Source of the DNA: an uncultured Desulfatitalea sp.
Lineage (GTDB): Bacteria > Desulfobacterota > Desulfobacteria > Desulfobacterales > Desulfosarcinaceae
Direction: 5' to 3'
DNA: 64,000 nt
NCBI GenBank assembly: GCA_963668675.2
Contig: CAXXMB010000002.1
Location: 1,312,001 to 1,376,000 of the forward strand
The notes under the pieces are model-generated. The model made no database searches and was not told where the DNA came from. It saw only the letters and a program-made list of their open reading frames with translations. The translations under genes were made by a program, and so were the position numbers. The stretch's first letter is position 1. Each line of letters begins with the position of its first letter. This document shows positions 31,689 to 41,671 of this stretch, piece by piece.

Positions 31689-32492
31689 CTAGCAGTTATC
31701 ATAATTGCCAAGCCAAACGGTAGCTTCACGTGAAATGGTACGGTCGTTGCCCGTTGCATCTTCAAAGTGAAACGTGATTCGAATTCTATATCGCCCCTCA
31801 TCCAGGTCCGGATAAGGTGGCACATAACTGTAATATAGAGTGTAATACTCGGCCTCTAGACTATTGAGTGTTTCAGTCTGCGAGTTATACAGATCGGTAT
31901 ATAGGTCCACCTCAGCCTGTGTTGTGGCATTGGCAAGATTGGTTAATGTAACGATAATAGCAGCCTCCATAGTCGTTATCGCCGCCTCGATGTCTGCTAG
32001 ATCTGCCTGACAAACTAAGCTTGGATCATCAGGGCAAAGAATCCAACCAAGTTTAACTCGATACTCCTCTTTTGTATCAGTCGACATGCATGTAATTTCA
32101 AAATCTTCAGATTCACCCGGCAAAATATCGATTCCCAGATTACCGCCGACAAGTGGACTATCCAGTGTGGGTGGCATGACGATGCCGCTGACGCCATCCT
32201 CGCTCGGCAGGGGGATATATTCGATGACATAATTGGTTAGGGTGATGCCCGCTGCCGCGGTATCATTGACGGTAAACGTAACTGCGGCGGACACTGGGCC
32301 ATAGGGCTCTGGTTCGCCGTCGCATGAGCTCCGGAATGCATCTACCGTCAGCGTCTCCTCATCCAGATCTTGAATCGCTATTGTCGCGGTATAACGCTGC
32401 CCGGTCTCGTCCAGCAAGTCCGAGCTTCCGCAACCATAAATCAACATAAGCCCTAACGCCATCATTATAACAGTCACTTTCGAGAGTCGCAT
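31689..32492 (-). CDS. Acidic lipoprotein downstream of pilQ (unknown function, ~267 aa)
   Basis: RBS ggagg upstream of MRLSKV; lipobox IYGC; C-terminal Cys. Confidence 0.75.
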   Translation of the reverse strand: MRLSKVTVIMMALGLMLIYGCGSSDLLDETGQRYTATIAIQDLDEETLTVDAFRSSCDGEPEPYGPVSAAVTFTVNDTAAAGITLTNYVIEYIPLPSEDGVSGIVMPPTLDSPLVGGNLGIDILPGESEDFEITCMSTDTKEEYRVKLGWILCPDDPSLVCQADLADIEAAITTMEAAIIVTLTNLANATTQAEVDLYTDLYNSQTETLNSLEAEYYTLYYSYVPPYPDLDEGRYRIRITFHFEDATGNDRTISREATVWLGNYDNC

Positions 32493-32560
32493 GGGTTGGT
32501 TCCTCCAATTATCCCCTTGATATCTGTATTGTCTTAGATAAAATCCACTTATCTTATCAG

Positions 32561-34975
32561 TTACTGTGCTCCCATAGCCTGCTCTAATTGAACGATCCGC
32601 GGAGTGATAAAAATCAGGAGCTCGTTGCTTTGGCTTTTCTTGCTTGTATTCTTGAACAACCACCCCAGCAGTGGGATGCTGCCCAACCCGGGGAAACCAT
32701 CCTGCCCTTTGTTTTCAGTGGATTTGATGATGCCGCCTATGACAATGGTATCGCCATCGTTGACCAGCAGTTCCGTTTCAGCCTCGTTGGTTGAAACCGA
32801 GGGAACGCCGGCGGTAATACCGGCCACATCATTCTTCGTGATAAAAATAGCCAGGGAGATACGGTTGTCCGGCGTCACATGAGGAGTTACCTCCAACAGC
32901 AGATCGATATTCTTGAACTTCACTGAGGACCCACCGGAAGAATCGCGTTCCAGGTAAGGGTACTCGACACCCTGTTTGATTTTGGCTTTTTTATTGTCCA
33001 ACGTCAAAATCTTGGGAGAAGAGAGAATACGGCCTTCGCCAGTGGTCTCAAGGGCATTGAGTCGCGCATTGAGTACAAAGGGAACGCCGCTCAGGCGCGA
33101 AAAATTGATACCAATGGATGAATTACCTTCAGATGGATAATTCATCGCCATATCGGTACTAGTGACCCAGTCGCCCAGCAACCCCGGTCCGTAACCCAAA
33201 CTCCAGGTGATGCCCAATTCCCTGGAGAAGTTATCGGTCACTTCAACGACACGCGCTTCAATGACCACCTGGGCGGTCACCTTATCGATACGCCTCACGA
33301 TCTCCTCAGCCTGCCTGACTATAGCGGCTGTATCGGTAATAATGATCTGATTGTTCTTTTCATCAACAGTGACACTGCCTCTATCAGTGGTAAGAATGTT
33401 CTCAATATGCGGTTTTACCTCTGAGGCGGCGCTAGAGTAGCTGACCGGAATGTATCTTGTCACCAATGGTTCCAGCGCCTTGACCTCTTCGCGCGCCTTT
33501 CGATATGCTTCCAGTTTCGCCTTGCGCAAATTGTCTTCAGATTTCAATGTCTCCAATGTTGCAATGCGTACAATATCACCTTCCTGGGCCATTCCCAACT
33601 GGTTCATGCGCAGTACCAGATCCATCACCTGATCCCAGGGTACCGGTTTGTCCAGGGTCATGGTCACCTTGCCGGTCACATCCTTGTCGATCGCAAAATT
33701 CTTGCCGCTCACCTCGCGCAGGATACGAAAAACATTTTTAATGTCAGTTTCATAAAAATCCAGTGCTATCTTTTCACCTGTATACACTTTTCTTTGATAG
33801 CCGAGCATGGCCTGAAGCTCCGCATTCTCAGCACGTGCCACTTCTGCAGGGCTCATCATACCCGACGATGCTGGTTGCATCGCCGCTTGAGCAGATAGAT
33901 CTTGAGTTGGTGCGGCAGGCAGCGGAGCCAGCGCGCCTTCGGCAGCAGAGAGCGCTGGTAACACTTGAGTTTCGGTATCACTGATAACCCGTTTCCAGGC
34001 TGGCAAATTGGCCTGCTCCAGAGGTTTGGGGGGGACGTTTGAAGCCTCGAAATGAACCATCAGAAGATTGTCGCTCTGTTCAGCCACATAAGGCACCGCC
34101 TCGCGCAACTCGATAGAGATAATCGACTCGTTGCTGGACTTAGCCGGTTGTGCCGGAATGACCCTATCCACTGCGCTATTAAAGCGCGTGGTAATCAACG
34201 GCCGCTGCCGATAGGATGGAATGCGAGTATTCAGCAATCGAAGCTGGATATTCCTGGGGCCGACTTTTTCCAAACGGTAGTCCACAGCATGTGTGGTTCC
34301 GACTACCAGAGTTGATTTGCCTTCTGCCTCGCTTAAAAAATCAATCTTGTTGACCCATGCTCCGGATTTCGGGGTCTGGATAGAGGCTGTGGATTGCCTT
34401 GGCGCTTCAACGGTTCGTGCGGTCGGTTCGACAGGACTGGCAGTAATGCTCTGACGGCTTTCCAGTGCTTGCTGGGGTGTCGTGTCAGCGGCCGCCTGTC
34501 GATTCGAGGGGGCCTCTTCACCCTTTCGCGCCAACGCCGCTTTCGCAAAAAGGACCTTAACCGTATTGCCATCCTGGACTGCGGTGTATGATGCGTCTCC
34601 AGCCAGTTGAATTTCAACTCTGGCCGTACGCTGCCCATTGCCCTGACGGGCAGATATCAATGGGATCATGTCGATGGATTTCGGTCGACTTATCCTTGCT
34701 TGACCGGCAGTTGTCTCCGGGAAATAGAGCACCACGGCAAGCGGATCCGGTTGCTTCAGAGAGGAGAAGGTCAAAGGACGATCTGCGGCAATTGTCACCA
34801 CCACACCCTCTTCAGTCTCGGAGGCAGATATGGAGGATATTGCAGTCAATGGCGCCGGGGCACTCTGCGCCGCATCCTCTCTGGAGCCGGACTGGGAGGC
34901 GCATCCAAAGAATATGGCCGTTACGCCGTAGACCAACAAGATCAATGTCGCGATTCTTACTTTTATCGTTGTCAT
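32561..34975 (-). CDS. pilQ: Type IV pilus secretin PilQ with AMIN domains
   Basis: YTGEKIALDF, VPWDQVMDLVL, QVVIEARVVE, IPLLGWLFK..ELLIFITPRIV. Confidence 0.95.
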   Translation of the reverse strand: MTTIKVRIATLILLVYGVTAIFFGCASQSGSREDAAQSAPAPLTAISSISASETEEGVVVTIAADRPLTFSSLKQPDPLAVVLYFPETTAGQARISRPKSIDMIPLISARQGNGQRTARVEIQLAGDASYTAVQDGNTVKVLFAKAALARKGEEAPSNRQAAADTTPQQALESRQSITASPVEPTARTVEAPRQSTASIQTPKSGAWVNKIDFLSEAEGKSTLVVGTTHAVDYRLEKVGPRNIQLRLLNTRIPSYRQRPLITTRFNSAVDRVIPAQPAKSSNESIISIELREAVPYVAEQSDNLLMVHFEASNVPPKPLEQANLPAWKRVISDTETQVLPALSAAEGALAPLPAAPTQDLSAQAAMQPASSGMMSPAEVARAENAELQAMLGYQRKVYTGEKIALDFYETDIKNVFRILREVSGKNFAIDKDVTGKVTMTLDKPVPWDQVMDLVLRMNQLGMAQEGDIVRIATLETLKSEDNLRKAKLEAYRKAREEVKALEPLVTRYIPVSYSSAASEVKPHIENILTTDRGSVTVDEKNNQIIITDTAAIVRQAEEIVRRIDKVTAQVVIEARVVEVTDNFSRELGITWSLGYGPGLLGDWVTSTDMAMNYPSEGNSSIGINFSRLSGVPFVLNARLNALETTGEGRILSSPKILTLDNKKAKIKQGVEYPYLERDSSGGSSVKFKNIDLLLEVTPHVTPDNRISLAIFITKNDVAGITAGVPSVSTNEAETELLVNDGDTIVIGGIIKSTENKGQDGFPGLGSIPLLGWLFKNTSKKSQSNELLIFITPRIVQLEQAMGAQ

Positions 34976-34976
34976 A

Positions 34977-35639
34977 TTAAAACTCTCCAGCAGGTTTCTG
35001 AAGTTTTAATTCCGAATTTTGGATCCTGAGTTCACCCATTACGCTCTCTATCTCTTCTTCGACCACGATGCGGCTTTTATCGATTTCGATAACCTGTCCC
35101 GCATTGAGGCCAATATAGGTGCCCTTTTTGACCACATATCCCTTGCCAGTTGAATCCTCTACCAGTGCACGATTACCGCTGGGAGATCGTATGATTGCTG
35201 TCACCTTTAGCTGGCCAAGCGCCACTCGCTCCAAGGGTGTCTGGGGCTTACGCCTTTCTCTTTTTCCCTGTTTAGGTGTTGTCTCCTCAATGTTTTTTGG
35301 TTGTTCCTTAAACAAGGGTTCGAAAGGATCAAAACGCCCCTTCGGATCGTATGAACCTGCAATCTGCAGGGACTCTTTTATTAACTCACTGGTATCTGCC
35401 GTGGGTGCTGCAGGAGCAGAAGGAACCCCGTCACCCCCCTCCGGCTTTACCAACCCGGAGGCCTTCACTTGTTGGGCACCAGCCGGCGTCGATGCTGGCG
35501 GCGATTGTACGGAAATTTTCTTACTCGTCGATTTGGGCTGGGGTGCCGGAGGGGCTTCGTCGCCGCATCCAAGCAGGCTGACCAGTATCAATACCATCCC
35601 CCACCTGAGCAGTGATATCATCAGTTGCCTCTTCATCAT
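34977..35639 (-). CDS. pilP: Type IV pilus lipoprotein PilP
   Basis: Lipobox LLGC; YDPKGRFDPFEP; TPLER; GYVVKKGTYIG; start approximate. Confidence 0.9.
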   Translation of the reverse strand: MMKRQLMISLLRWGMVLILVSLLGCGDEAPPAPQPKSTSKKISVQSPPASTPAGAQQVKASGLVKPEGGDGVPSAPAAPTADTSELIKESLQIAGSYDPKGRFDPFEPLFKEQPKNIEETTPKQGKRERRKPQTPLERVALGQLKVTAIIRSPSGNRALVEDSTGKGYVVKKGTYIGLNAGQVIEIDKSRIVVEEEIESVMGELRIQNSELKLQKPAGEF

Positions 35640-35651
35640 GATCGCCGTCAC

Positions 35652-36299
35652 CTATTTTCTTCTGTTCTGGGCACGCCCCCTGGCTGGCTTTGGGGCTGAT
35701 TCGATAAACTTATATGTCACCGCCTGACAAGTTGTGGTCAAGGCATTACTATCTTCATTTTTAGATCGAGATTGGGGCGTCATTTTAATGTTTCGGATAT
35801 TCACAATACGGGGCAAATTGGCCACTTTATCCATAAAAACGGCTACTTGATGATACGACCCACTCACACTGATATCCACGGGGATTTCAGCGTAAAAGTC
35901 TTTCGGGTTCTCCGGCTTGGGCTGGAAAAGAAGAAAATCCAATCCGGCATCTTTGCCTACCTGGGAAATGCCAGCCAATAAAGAGGGGATCTCCTCTTTC
36001 TCCGGCAGGGCTCGCATTACCTGTTTGTATTGCGCCTCCTTCTTCTTCATTCTATTGCGCCAATCGTTGAGTTCAGCAGCATTCTTTTTGGCTTTGGCCA
36101 GTTCCTGTTGAGCCGAAGCAAGCTGTTTATCGAGTCTGCCGATCTGTTGGTATTTCGGATAAAGGAGAAAGTAGATCGACAGGCCAATAAGGATCGCGAG
36201 AACGCCAACATAGATACCGATACGCTGGGGCTTGGTCAGCTCTTCAATTTTTTCAAAAAGGGGCGCCAAAGCGCTGCCTGAGGTGTTGCCTTTTTTCAT
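35652..36299 (-). CDS. pilO: Type IV pilus protein PilO
   Basis: LPEKEEIPSLL, FYAEIPV, GSYHQVAVF, LPRIVN. Confidence 0.92.
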   Translation of the reverse strand: MKKGNTSGSALAPLFEKIEELTKPQRIGIYVGVLAILIGLSIYFLLYPKYQQIGRLDKQLASAQQELAKAKKNAAELNDWRNRMKKKEAQYKQVMRALPEKEEIPSLLAGISQVGKDAGLDFLLFQPKPENPKDFYAEIPVDISVSGSYHQVAVFMDKVANLPRIVNIRNIKMTPQSRSKNEDSNALTTTCQAVTYKFIESAPKPARGRAQNRRK

Positions 36300-36880
36300 T
36301 TCTTTTTAACCTCACCGGCCTCTTTTTCGGTTGGTTTTTTCTGAAAATTGACATCAAACTCTTTTATATTGATCTCTTTTCCTGCCTTGAGCATCTTTTG
36401 TTTGATAGAAGCCAAACGTACGGACTGAAACCGCTCCGACTTCTCTATCCGTGTCATATAGTCGGCTACCGTTTGGTTATCAACGGCAATGCCACTAATT
36501 TTGAAACCGTTAGTGCTCTCTTCTATCTTTGTGTACCACATTCGTTTATCTACTACGACGTGATAGAGAGCATCCAGGTTCTGGACCGGCGCCTTGCGAT
36601 CGCTCTCCAGCGACTCAATTACCTGGATTTTTTTCTCCAATACAGCCAAGTTCTTTTTGATCTCTGCGATCTCTTGATTGATCTTTTTGTATTTCGCTAC
36701 CTGCTCTCGTGTGCTGGAGATCTCCTGATTGAGATCATCGATCTGTCCGCCAAGATACGAGTTGCCCCAGAAGATGAGCAGGCAGACAAATACAACGGAC
36801 ATGACAAATACATTCACCTGGTAGCGAATGTTCTCTTTTTTCCGGGCTGCGCGGTAGGGAAGTAAATTGATACGTATCAT
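36296..36880 (-). CDS. pilN: Type IV pilus protein PilN
   Basis: MIRINLLPYR N-terminal motif, TM helix, coiled coil. Confidence 0.92.
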   Translation of the reverse strand: MIRINLLPYRAARKKENIRYQVNVFVMSVVFVCLLIFWGNSYLGGQIDDLNQEISSTREQVAKYKKINQEIAEIKKNLAVLEKKIQVIESLESDRKAPVQNLDALYHVVVDKRMWYTKIEESTNGFKISGIAVDNQTVADYMTRIEKSERFQSVRLASIKQKMLKAGKEINIKEFDVNFQKKPTEKEAGEVKKK

Positions 36881-37932
36881 TTGTCATCCATTTTACGGGT
36901 GGCCAACCCCATGCATATGGATGCCTGGGGGGCGATTTTGTCCAGATACTCGGTATCGAATTTTTCACTGTCTACGTAAAAATGCTGAAACGGATTGATC
37001 GTGGAAACCTCCGCCGATGTCTCCACTGCCAGCAGCTGCCGCAGCTCCTGGATATTGCCACCGCCGCCGCTTAGAATGATCTTTTTGATTTGGTCATCGG
37101 GATAGGTTGAGTAGAAAAAGTCCAAAGCCCGCCGAATCTCCGTACACCAATCGGTAACCACCGAAGAGATGATATCGGAGAGATCTTCCGCGGATATCTT
37201 ATCGCTGCCTTCACCGAACTTGATCGCCTCCGACTCTTCGTTCGAGCAGTCGATCAACGTGGCGATTTTCTGGTTGATCTGCCCACAGCCAAGAGAGACA
37301 TCCCTCATGAACACCGAGTTTTCCCCTTTGAGTATATTTAATGATGTCTTGCTGGCCCCGATGTCGATCAAGGCGATGTTCTCATCAGATTGCGGTTCAT
37401 AATTGATCTCGAAAACGTTCTGCAGGGCAAAGGCGTCGACATCGATAATACGCGGTTCCAACCCTGCCAACTCAGCCAGATGCACATAGTCGTTGACCAT
37501 CTCTTTCTTGGCGGCCACCAGCAGCACGTTCATCTGGTTAGGATTGTTATCGCTTTCTCCCAGAATCTGGAAGTCGAGGTTAACATCGTTGATGTCGAAG
37601 GGGATGTACTGCTCTGCCTCGAAATGAATCGTGTCCTGAAGTTGATCTTCGGTGGCGGTCTGAACGGCGATCTTTTTGACGATCACCGAATATCCCCCGA
37701 TGGAGATGGCCACGCTGCGATTCTTGATGCCATATGATTTGAACAGGTTGCGCAGCGTTTCAGCCAACGCCTCCGGATCCTTGATAGCCCCGTCTTCGAT
37801 CAATCCCGGTGCGATGTCGATCATTCCGAATTTGGAAAGGGTGTATCCTTTTTTGCCTTCGATGATTTCGGCCGCCTTAATCGCCTTGGAGCCGATATCG
37901 AGCCCTACTAATCGCGTCTTGGTACCAAACAT
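36877..37932 (-). CDS. pilM: Type IV pilus actin-like protein PilM
   Basis: VGLDIGS, EAEQYIPF, LIDIGAS, ILSGGG. Confidence 0.94.
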   Translation of the reverse strand: MFGTKTRLVGLDIGSKAIKAAEIIEGKKGYTLSKFGMIDIAPGLIEDGAIKDPEALAETLRNLFKSYGIKNRSVAISIGGYSVIVKKIAVQTATEDQLQDTIHFEAEQYIPFDINDVNLDFQILGESDNNPNQMNVLLVAAKKEMVNDYVHLAELAGLEPRIIDVDAFALQNVFEINYEPQSDENIALIDIGASKTSLNILKGENSVFMRDVSLGCGQINQKIATLIDCSNEESEAIKFGEGSDKISAEDLSDIISSVVTDWCTEIRRALDFFYSTYPDDQIKKIILSGGGGNIQELRQLLAVETSAEVSTINPFQHFYVDSEKFDTEYLDKIAPQASICMGLATRKMDDK

Positions 37933-37941
37933 AGTTTACTC

Positions 37942-38139
37942 TCACTCGCCAAAGATTTTTTTCGCATCCGACAAACTGTATCCAAGGGCCAGCAATATCT
38001 TACGCTTGGTTTCCATACGGCAAGGCTTTCCCTGCTCGATTCGCGTAATGGTGATCGGTGACACATTTGCTTCTCTGGCTAATTCGGATTTGCTCATCAA
38101 AAGAGATTCGCGAATTTTTTTTAATGAATTCTTCGCCAT
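37942..38139 (-). CDS. Small XRE-family HTH regulator upstream of pilM
   Basis: LMSKSELAREANVSPITITRIEQG; start MAKNSL. Confidence 0.85.
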   Translation of the reverse strand: MAKNSLKKIRESLLMSKSELAREANVSPITITRIEQGKPCRMETKRKILLALGYSLSDAKKIFGE

Positions 38140-38253
38140 GTTCAATTGTCTGCCTACCCGTAATTTAGAATTGGTGTATTGGCCATCGACCAAACCTGTC
38201 TCCTTAGAACGATCTCTTGATGTTGTTCTTATCCTCATGGAAGCAAAAATAGC

Positions 38254-38342
38254 TGTCAAGTAAAATTATGCATAATTTATATATAATTTTGTTTATTTAA
38301 GCTATATTGTGTGACATTTTTTGACACAACAATATATTGTAC
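38254..38342. promoter_or_regulatory. AT-rich divergent promoter region with minus-strand TTGACA (38254-38259) and two palindromes
   Basis: aaattatgcataattt (38263-38278) and acaatatattgt (38329-38340). Confidence 0.45.
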
Positions 38343-38779
38343 CCTTGGATGTGATGCGCTAATATCTTTTTTGTCCATTGTTGCAAGCTCCAGGGCTTTG
38401 GTAACGCAATTTACATCCTAAAAGCGAGGTGCAGTATTTGTTCCGGATGCAAATCGAAAAACGGTCGACCAAACAATCTCCATCTTATCAGCACGAGGTC
38501 GGCTGCACGTATAATCAAATGATCGGTTTGAAAAATGCAAACTTTAGGCCATTTGATCACAAATATTAAATAAAGCTAATTAACAGGGTTTGATACGCAA
38601 GAGATGCCTAAGTTATATATAAATAGATGCCATATGTGTATATAATCGTACAACAACCTCGACACCTGTAGAAGGTCAACAAATGGACACTATGGCCGAC
38701 GAGCGTCAATAAAAGGGACGCTCGGATCGGTTGGGTTGATGGCCCATCACGCGCTTGGCTTCGAACACCAACTTCCCGG

Positions 38780-40240
38780 ATGCATATGCAACCTTTCCTG
38801 AACATGCCGAAGACAAAGACAGCTCAATCGCTACCTGGGGCTGAGCGCTCCAAGCCTTTCCGGCTGGTGAAATATTTTTCTTTCTCAAGCCTGATCCTCA
38901 TTTTCTTTGGCACCATTGTTTTGTCGATTCTCAATACCCACTGGATCCGGACCATGCAGTTCTCCAAAAGCGAAGCCTATGCGCTCTTGCTGATCGAGAA
39001 TCTCAACCACCAGGTCTTCATGCAGTTTATTTTACCGGTGGGCATCGAATTCGGAAAAATTGAATTGCGTCACAAGGATCAATACGAACGCATGGATCGG
39101 GTGGTTCGCAGCACGTTGCACAGTTTTAACGTCGGCATGGTCAATATCTATGGTGTCCGCGATGTCATCGCCTACAGCTTTTCCAAGGAGTTGATCGGAC
39201 TGGAAAACCTCGGGGGGACCAGCCACCAGAATGCCCTGGAGGGCAAGCCCACCTCCAGATTGATTCAGAAAGGGAGTTTCTGGGAGCTCTTTTTCGGTGT
39301 GCCCGACGAGATCAAGATCATCACCTTCGCACCGCTGCGAATGGAAAAACCGCTCAGCCCCGTCGCAGGGGAGGTGTTGGGCGTGGTGGAAATCGTGCAG
39401 GACCTGTCGAACGATTACAAGGACATCTTTCGCTACCAGATCATGACCCTGGTCACCGTCAGCGGTGTGATGACGATCCTCTTTTTCATCATGATCGTCG
39501 TGGTCAAACGCGGAGAGGGCATCATTCAAAAAAGGGCCCAGGAGCGGCTCAAACTCAAGGAGCAGCTCAGTCGTGCCAAGCACCTTTCATCCCTGGGAGA
39601 GATGGTGGCCGGCGTATCCCATGAAATCCGCAACCCGCTGGGTATCATCAGCAGTTCAGCGGAACTGTTGCAAAAAAAGATGGCGCCCAACGATCCTATG
39701 ACCAAAATCCCGGCCATCATTATCGAAGAGTCCACACGCTTGAACGATATTATCTCCGATTTTTTAAACTACGCCCGACCCAAGGCGCCCAATCGATTTG
39801 CCTGCCGCGTCGAAGACGTGATCGATAAAAACATCCGTCTTCTCGAGCCCCAGATCAAGGCCGAAGGATTTAAGATCAACACCCTCTTTGAAGAGGAGCT
39901 TCCGATCATCATGGCCGACACGGATATGCTCTACCAAGCTTTTTTGAATGTCTTTATCAACGCCATGCAGGCCATGCCCGACGGCGGCGAAATCACGGTC
40001 AAAGCAAAATCGACGGACAACAGCCTCTGGATCGCCGTGGAGGATCAGGGCAGCGGCATTACGGACAAGGCCATGGAAAAAATTTGGGATCCTTTCTTCA
40101 CCACGAAGGATAAGGGAACCGGATTGGGGTTGGGCATCGTTAAAAACATTATCGAAGCACATCAGGGGAGTGTACGGATCGAAAACCGTTCGGAGGGCGG
40201 CGCCCGCGTATCCATCCGGCTACCGATAAACGAGGAGTAG
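38780..40240 (+). CDS. Membrane sensor histidine kinase (NtrB/PilS-like)
   Basis: Two TM helices; AGVSHEIRNPL H-box; PFFTTK..GTGLGL; start uncertain. Confidence 0.9.
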   Translation: MHMQPFLNMPKTKTAQSLPGAERSKPFRLVKYFSFSSLILIFFGTIVLSILNTHWIRTMQFSKSEAYALLLIENLNHQVFMQFILPVGIEFGKIELRHKDQYERMDRVVRSTLHSFNVGMVNIYGVRDVIAYSFSKELIGLENLGGTSHQNALEGKPTSRLIQKGSFWELFFGVPDEIKIITFAPLRMEKPLSPVAGEVLGVVEIVQDLSNDYKDIFRYQIMTLVTVSGVMTILFFIMIVVVKRGEGIIQKRAQERLKLKEQLSRAKHLSSLGEMVAGVSHEIRNPLGIISSSAELLQKKMAPNDPMTKIPAIIIEESTRLNDIISDFLNYARPKAPNRFACRVEDVIDKNIRLLEPQIKAEGFKINTLFEEELPIIMADTDMLYQAFLNVFINAMQAMPDGGEITVKAKSTDNSLWIAVEDQGSGITDKAMEKIWDPFFTTKDKGTGLGLGIVKNIIEAHQGSVRIENRSEGGARVSIRLPINEE

Positions 40241-40244
40241 CAAC

Positions 40245-41645
40245 ATGGACACGATTCTCATCGTAGACGATGAAAAAAACTATCCATTAGTCCTCAGTGC
40301 GGTCCTGCAAGAGGAGGGCTTCGAGACACTCACGGCCAACAGCGGGCAAGAAGCCTTGGCCGTTCTGGATAGCTCTGACGTGGACCTGGTATTGACCGAC
40401 ATGAAGATGCCTCAGATGGACGGTATCGAACTGCTGCAACGCATCAAGACCATCGACGCTGAACTGCCCGTGATCATGATGACCGCCTACGGGACGGTTG
40501 AAAAGGCCGTCGAAGCCATGCAGAAGGGGGCCTACAGCTATATCCTCAAGCCCTTTGACAACGAACAGCTGGTGATCTATGTCAACAAAGCGGTCACCAT
40601 GTTTCGCGTGGTCAAGGAGAACCGCCAATTGCGCAATGCCGTCGAGAACCGCTACAACTTCGGCAACCTGATCGGTAAAAGCAAGGCGATGCAGGACATC
40701 TTCGGAACCATTCGCAAGGTGGCCCCCGCCACGGCAACAGTGCTAATAGAGGGGCAGAGCGGCACCGGCAAGGAGTTGGTGGCCAAATCGATCCACTTCA
40801 ACAGCCCCCGTCGAAATCAGCCTTTCGTGGCTGTCAACTGCTCGGCCCTGGCAGAGAGCCTGCTCGAAAGTGAACTGTTCGGGCACGAAAAGGGCGCTTT
40901 CACGGGTGCCGTGTCGATGAAAAAGGGAAGATTCGAACTGGCCGACCAGGGAACCCTCTTCCTGGATGAAATTGGTGAGTTGTCACCGTCATTACAGGTC
41001 AAGCTGTTGCGGGTGCTTCAGGAAAAAGCATTTGAGCGGGTGGGTGGCATTCGTCCAGTCTCAGTCGATATCAGACTCATCGCCGCGACCAACAAATCAC
41101 TGAAACACGAAATTGCCAAGGGAAGATTTCGAGAAGACCTGTTCTATCGGCTCAATGTCGTGCACATCGCTTTGCCCCCACTGTGCGACCGCCTGGAAGA
41201 TATCCGTCCGTTGACGGCCCATTTCGTAGCCAAGTATGCGGAGGAGCGACCGGATGAGAAGCCGGTTAGTCGGATTGAGAAAGGGGTTGAACGCCTTTTT
41301 TATGACTACAGCTGGCCGGGTAATGTCCGTGAACTCGAAAACGTCATCGAGCGCGCCATGGTGATGTGCGCAGGAGGCACCATCACCGTGGATGACTTGC
41401 CCACCGACTTTAAGAAAAATGTAAATAAAAACAAAAAGCTAAACATTGACGACCTCTCCACGAAAGCCACACTCTACGAAACGCTGGCCCATGTGGAGAA
41501 ACAGATGATCCTGCAGGCACTCCGCCAAACCGACTATGTTCAGACCCATGCCGCATCTCTTCTGGGTATCGGCAAAAGCGGATTGAATCAGAAGCTGAAA
41601 AAATACGGAATCGACGTATCTGCGATGACGCAACCCGATGACTGA
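40245..41645 (+). CDS. Sigma-54-dependent response regulator (NtrC/AtoC/PilR-like)
   Basis: REC domain; GQSGTGKE; GAFTGA; WPGNVRELEN; Fis-type HTH. Confidence 0.93.
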   Translation: MDTILIVDDEKNYPLVLSAVLQEEGFETLTANSGQEALAVLDSSDVDLVLTDMKMPQMDGIELLQRIKTIDAELPVIMMTAYGTVEKAVEAMQKGAYSYILKPFDNEQLVIYVNKAVTMFRVVKENRQLRNAVENRYNFGNLIGKSKAMQDIFGTIRKVAPATATVLIEGQSGTGKELVAKSIHFNSPRRNQPFVAVNCSALAESLLESELFGHEKGAFTGAVSMKKGRFELADQGTLFLDEIGELSPSLQVKLLRVLQEKAFERVGGIRPVSVDIRLIAATNKSLKHEIAKGRFREDLFYRLNVVHIALPPLCDRLEDIRPLTAHFVAKYAEERPDEKPVSRIEKGVERLFYDYSWPGNVRELENVIERAMVMCAGGTITVDDLPTDFKKNVNKNKKLNIDDLSTKATLYETLAHVEKQMILQALRQTDYVQTHAASLLGIGKSGLNQKLKKYGIDVSAMTQPDD

Positions 41646-41671
41646 ATCAAAAGCTGGGTTGAAAACAGCAC

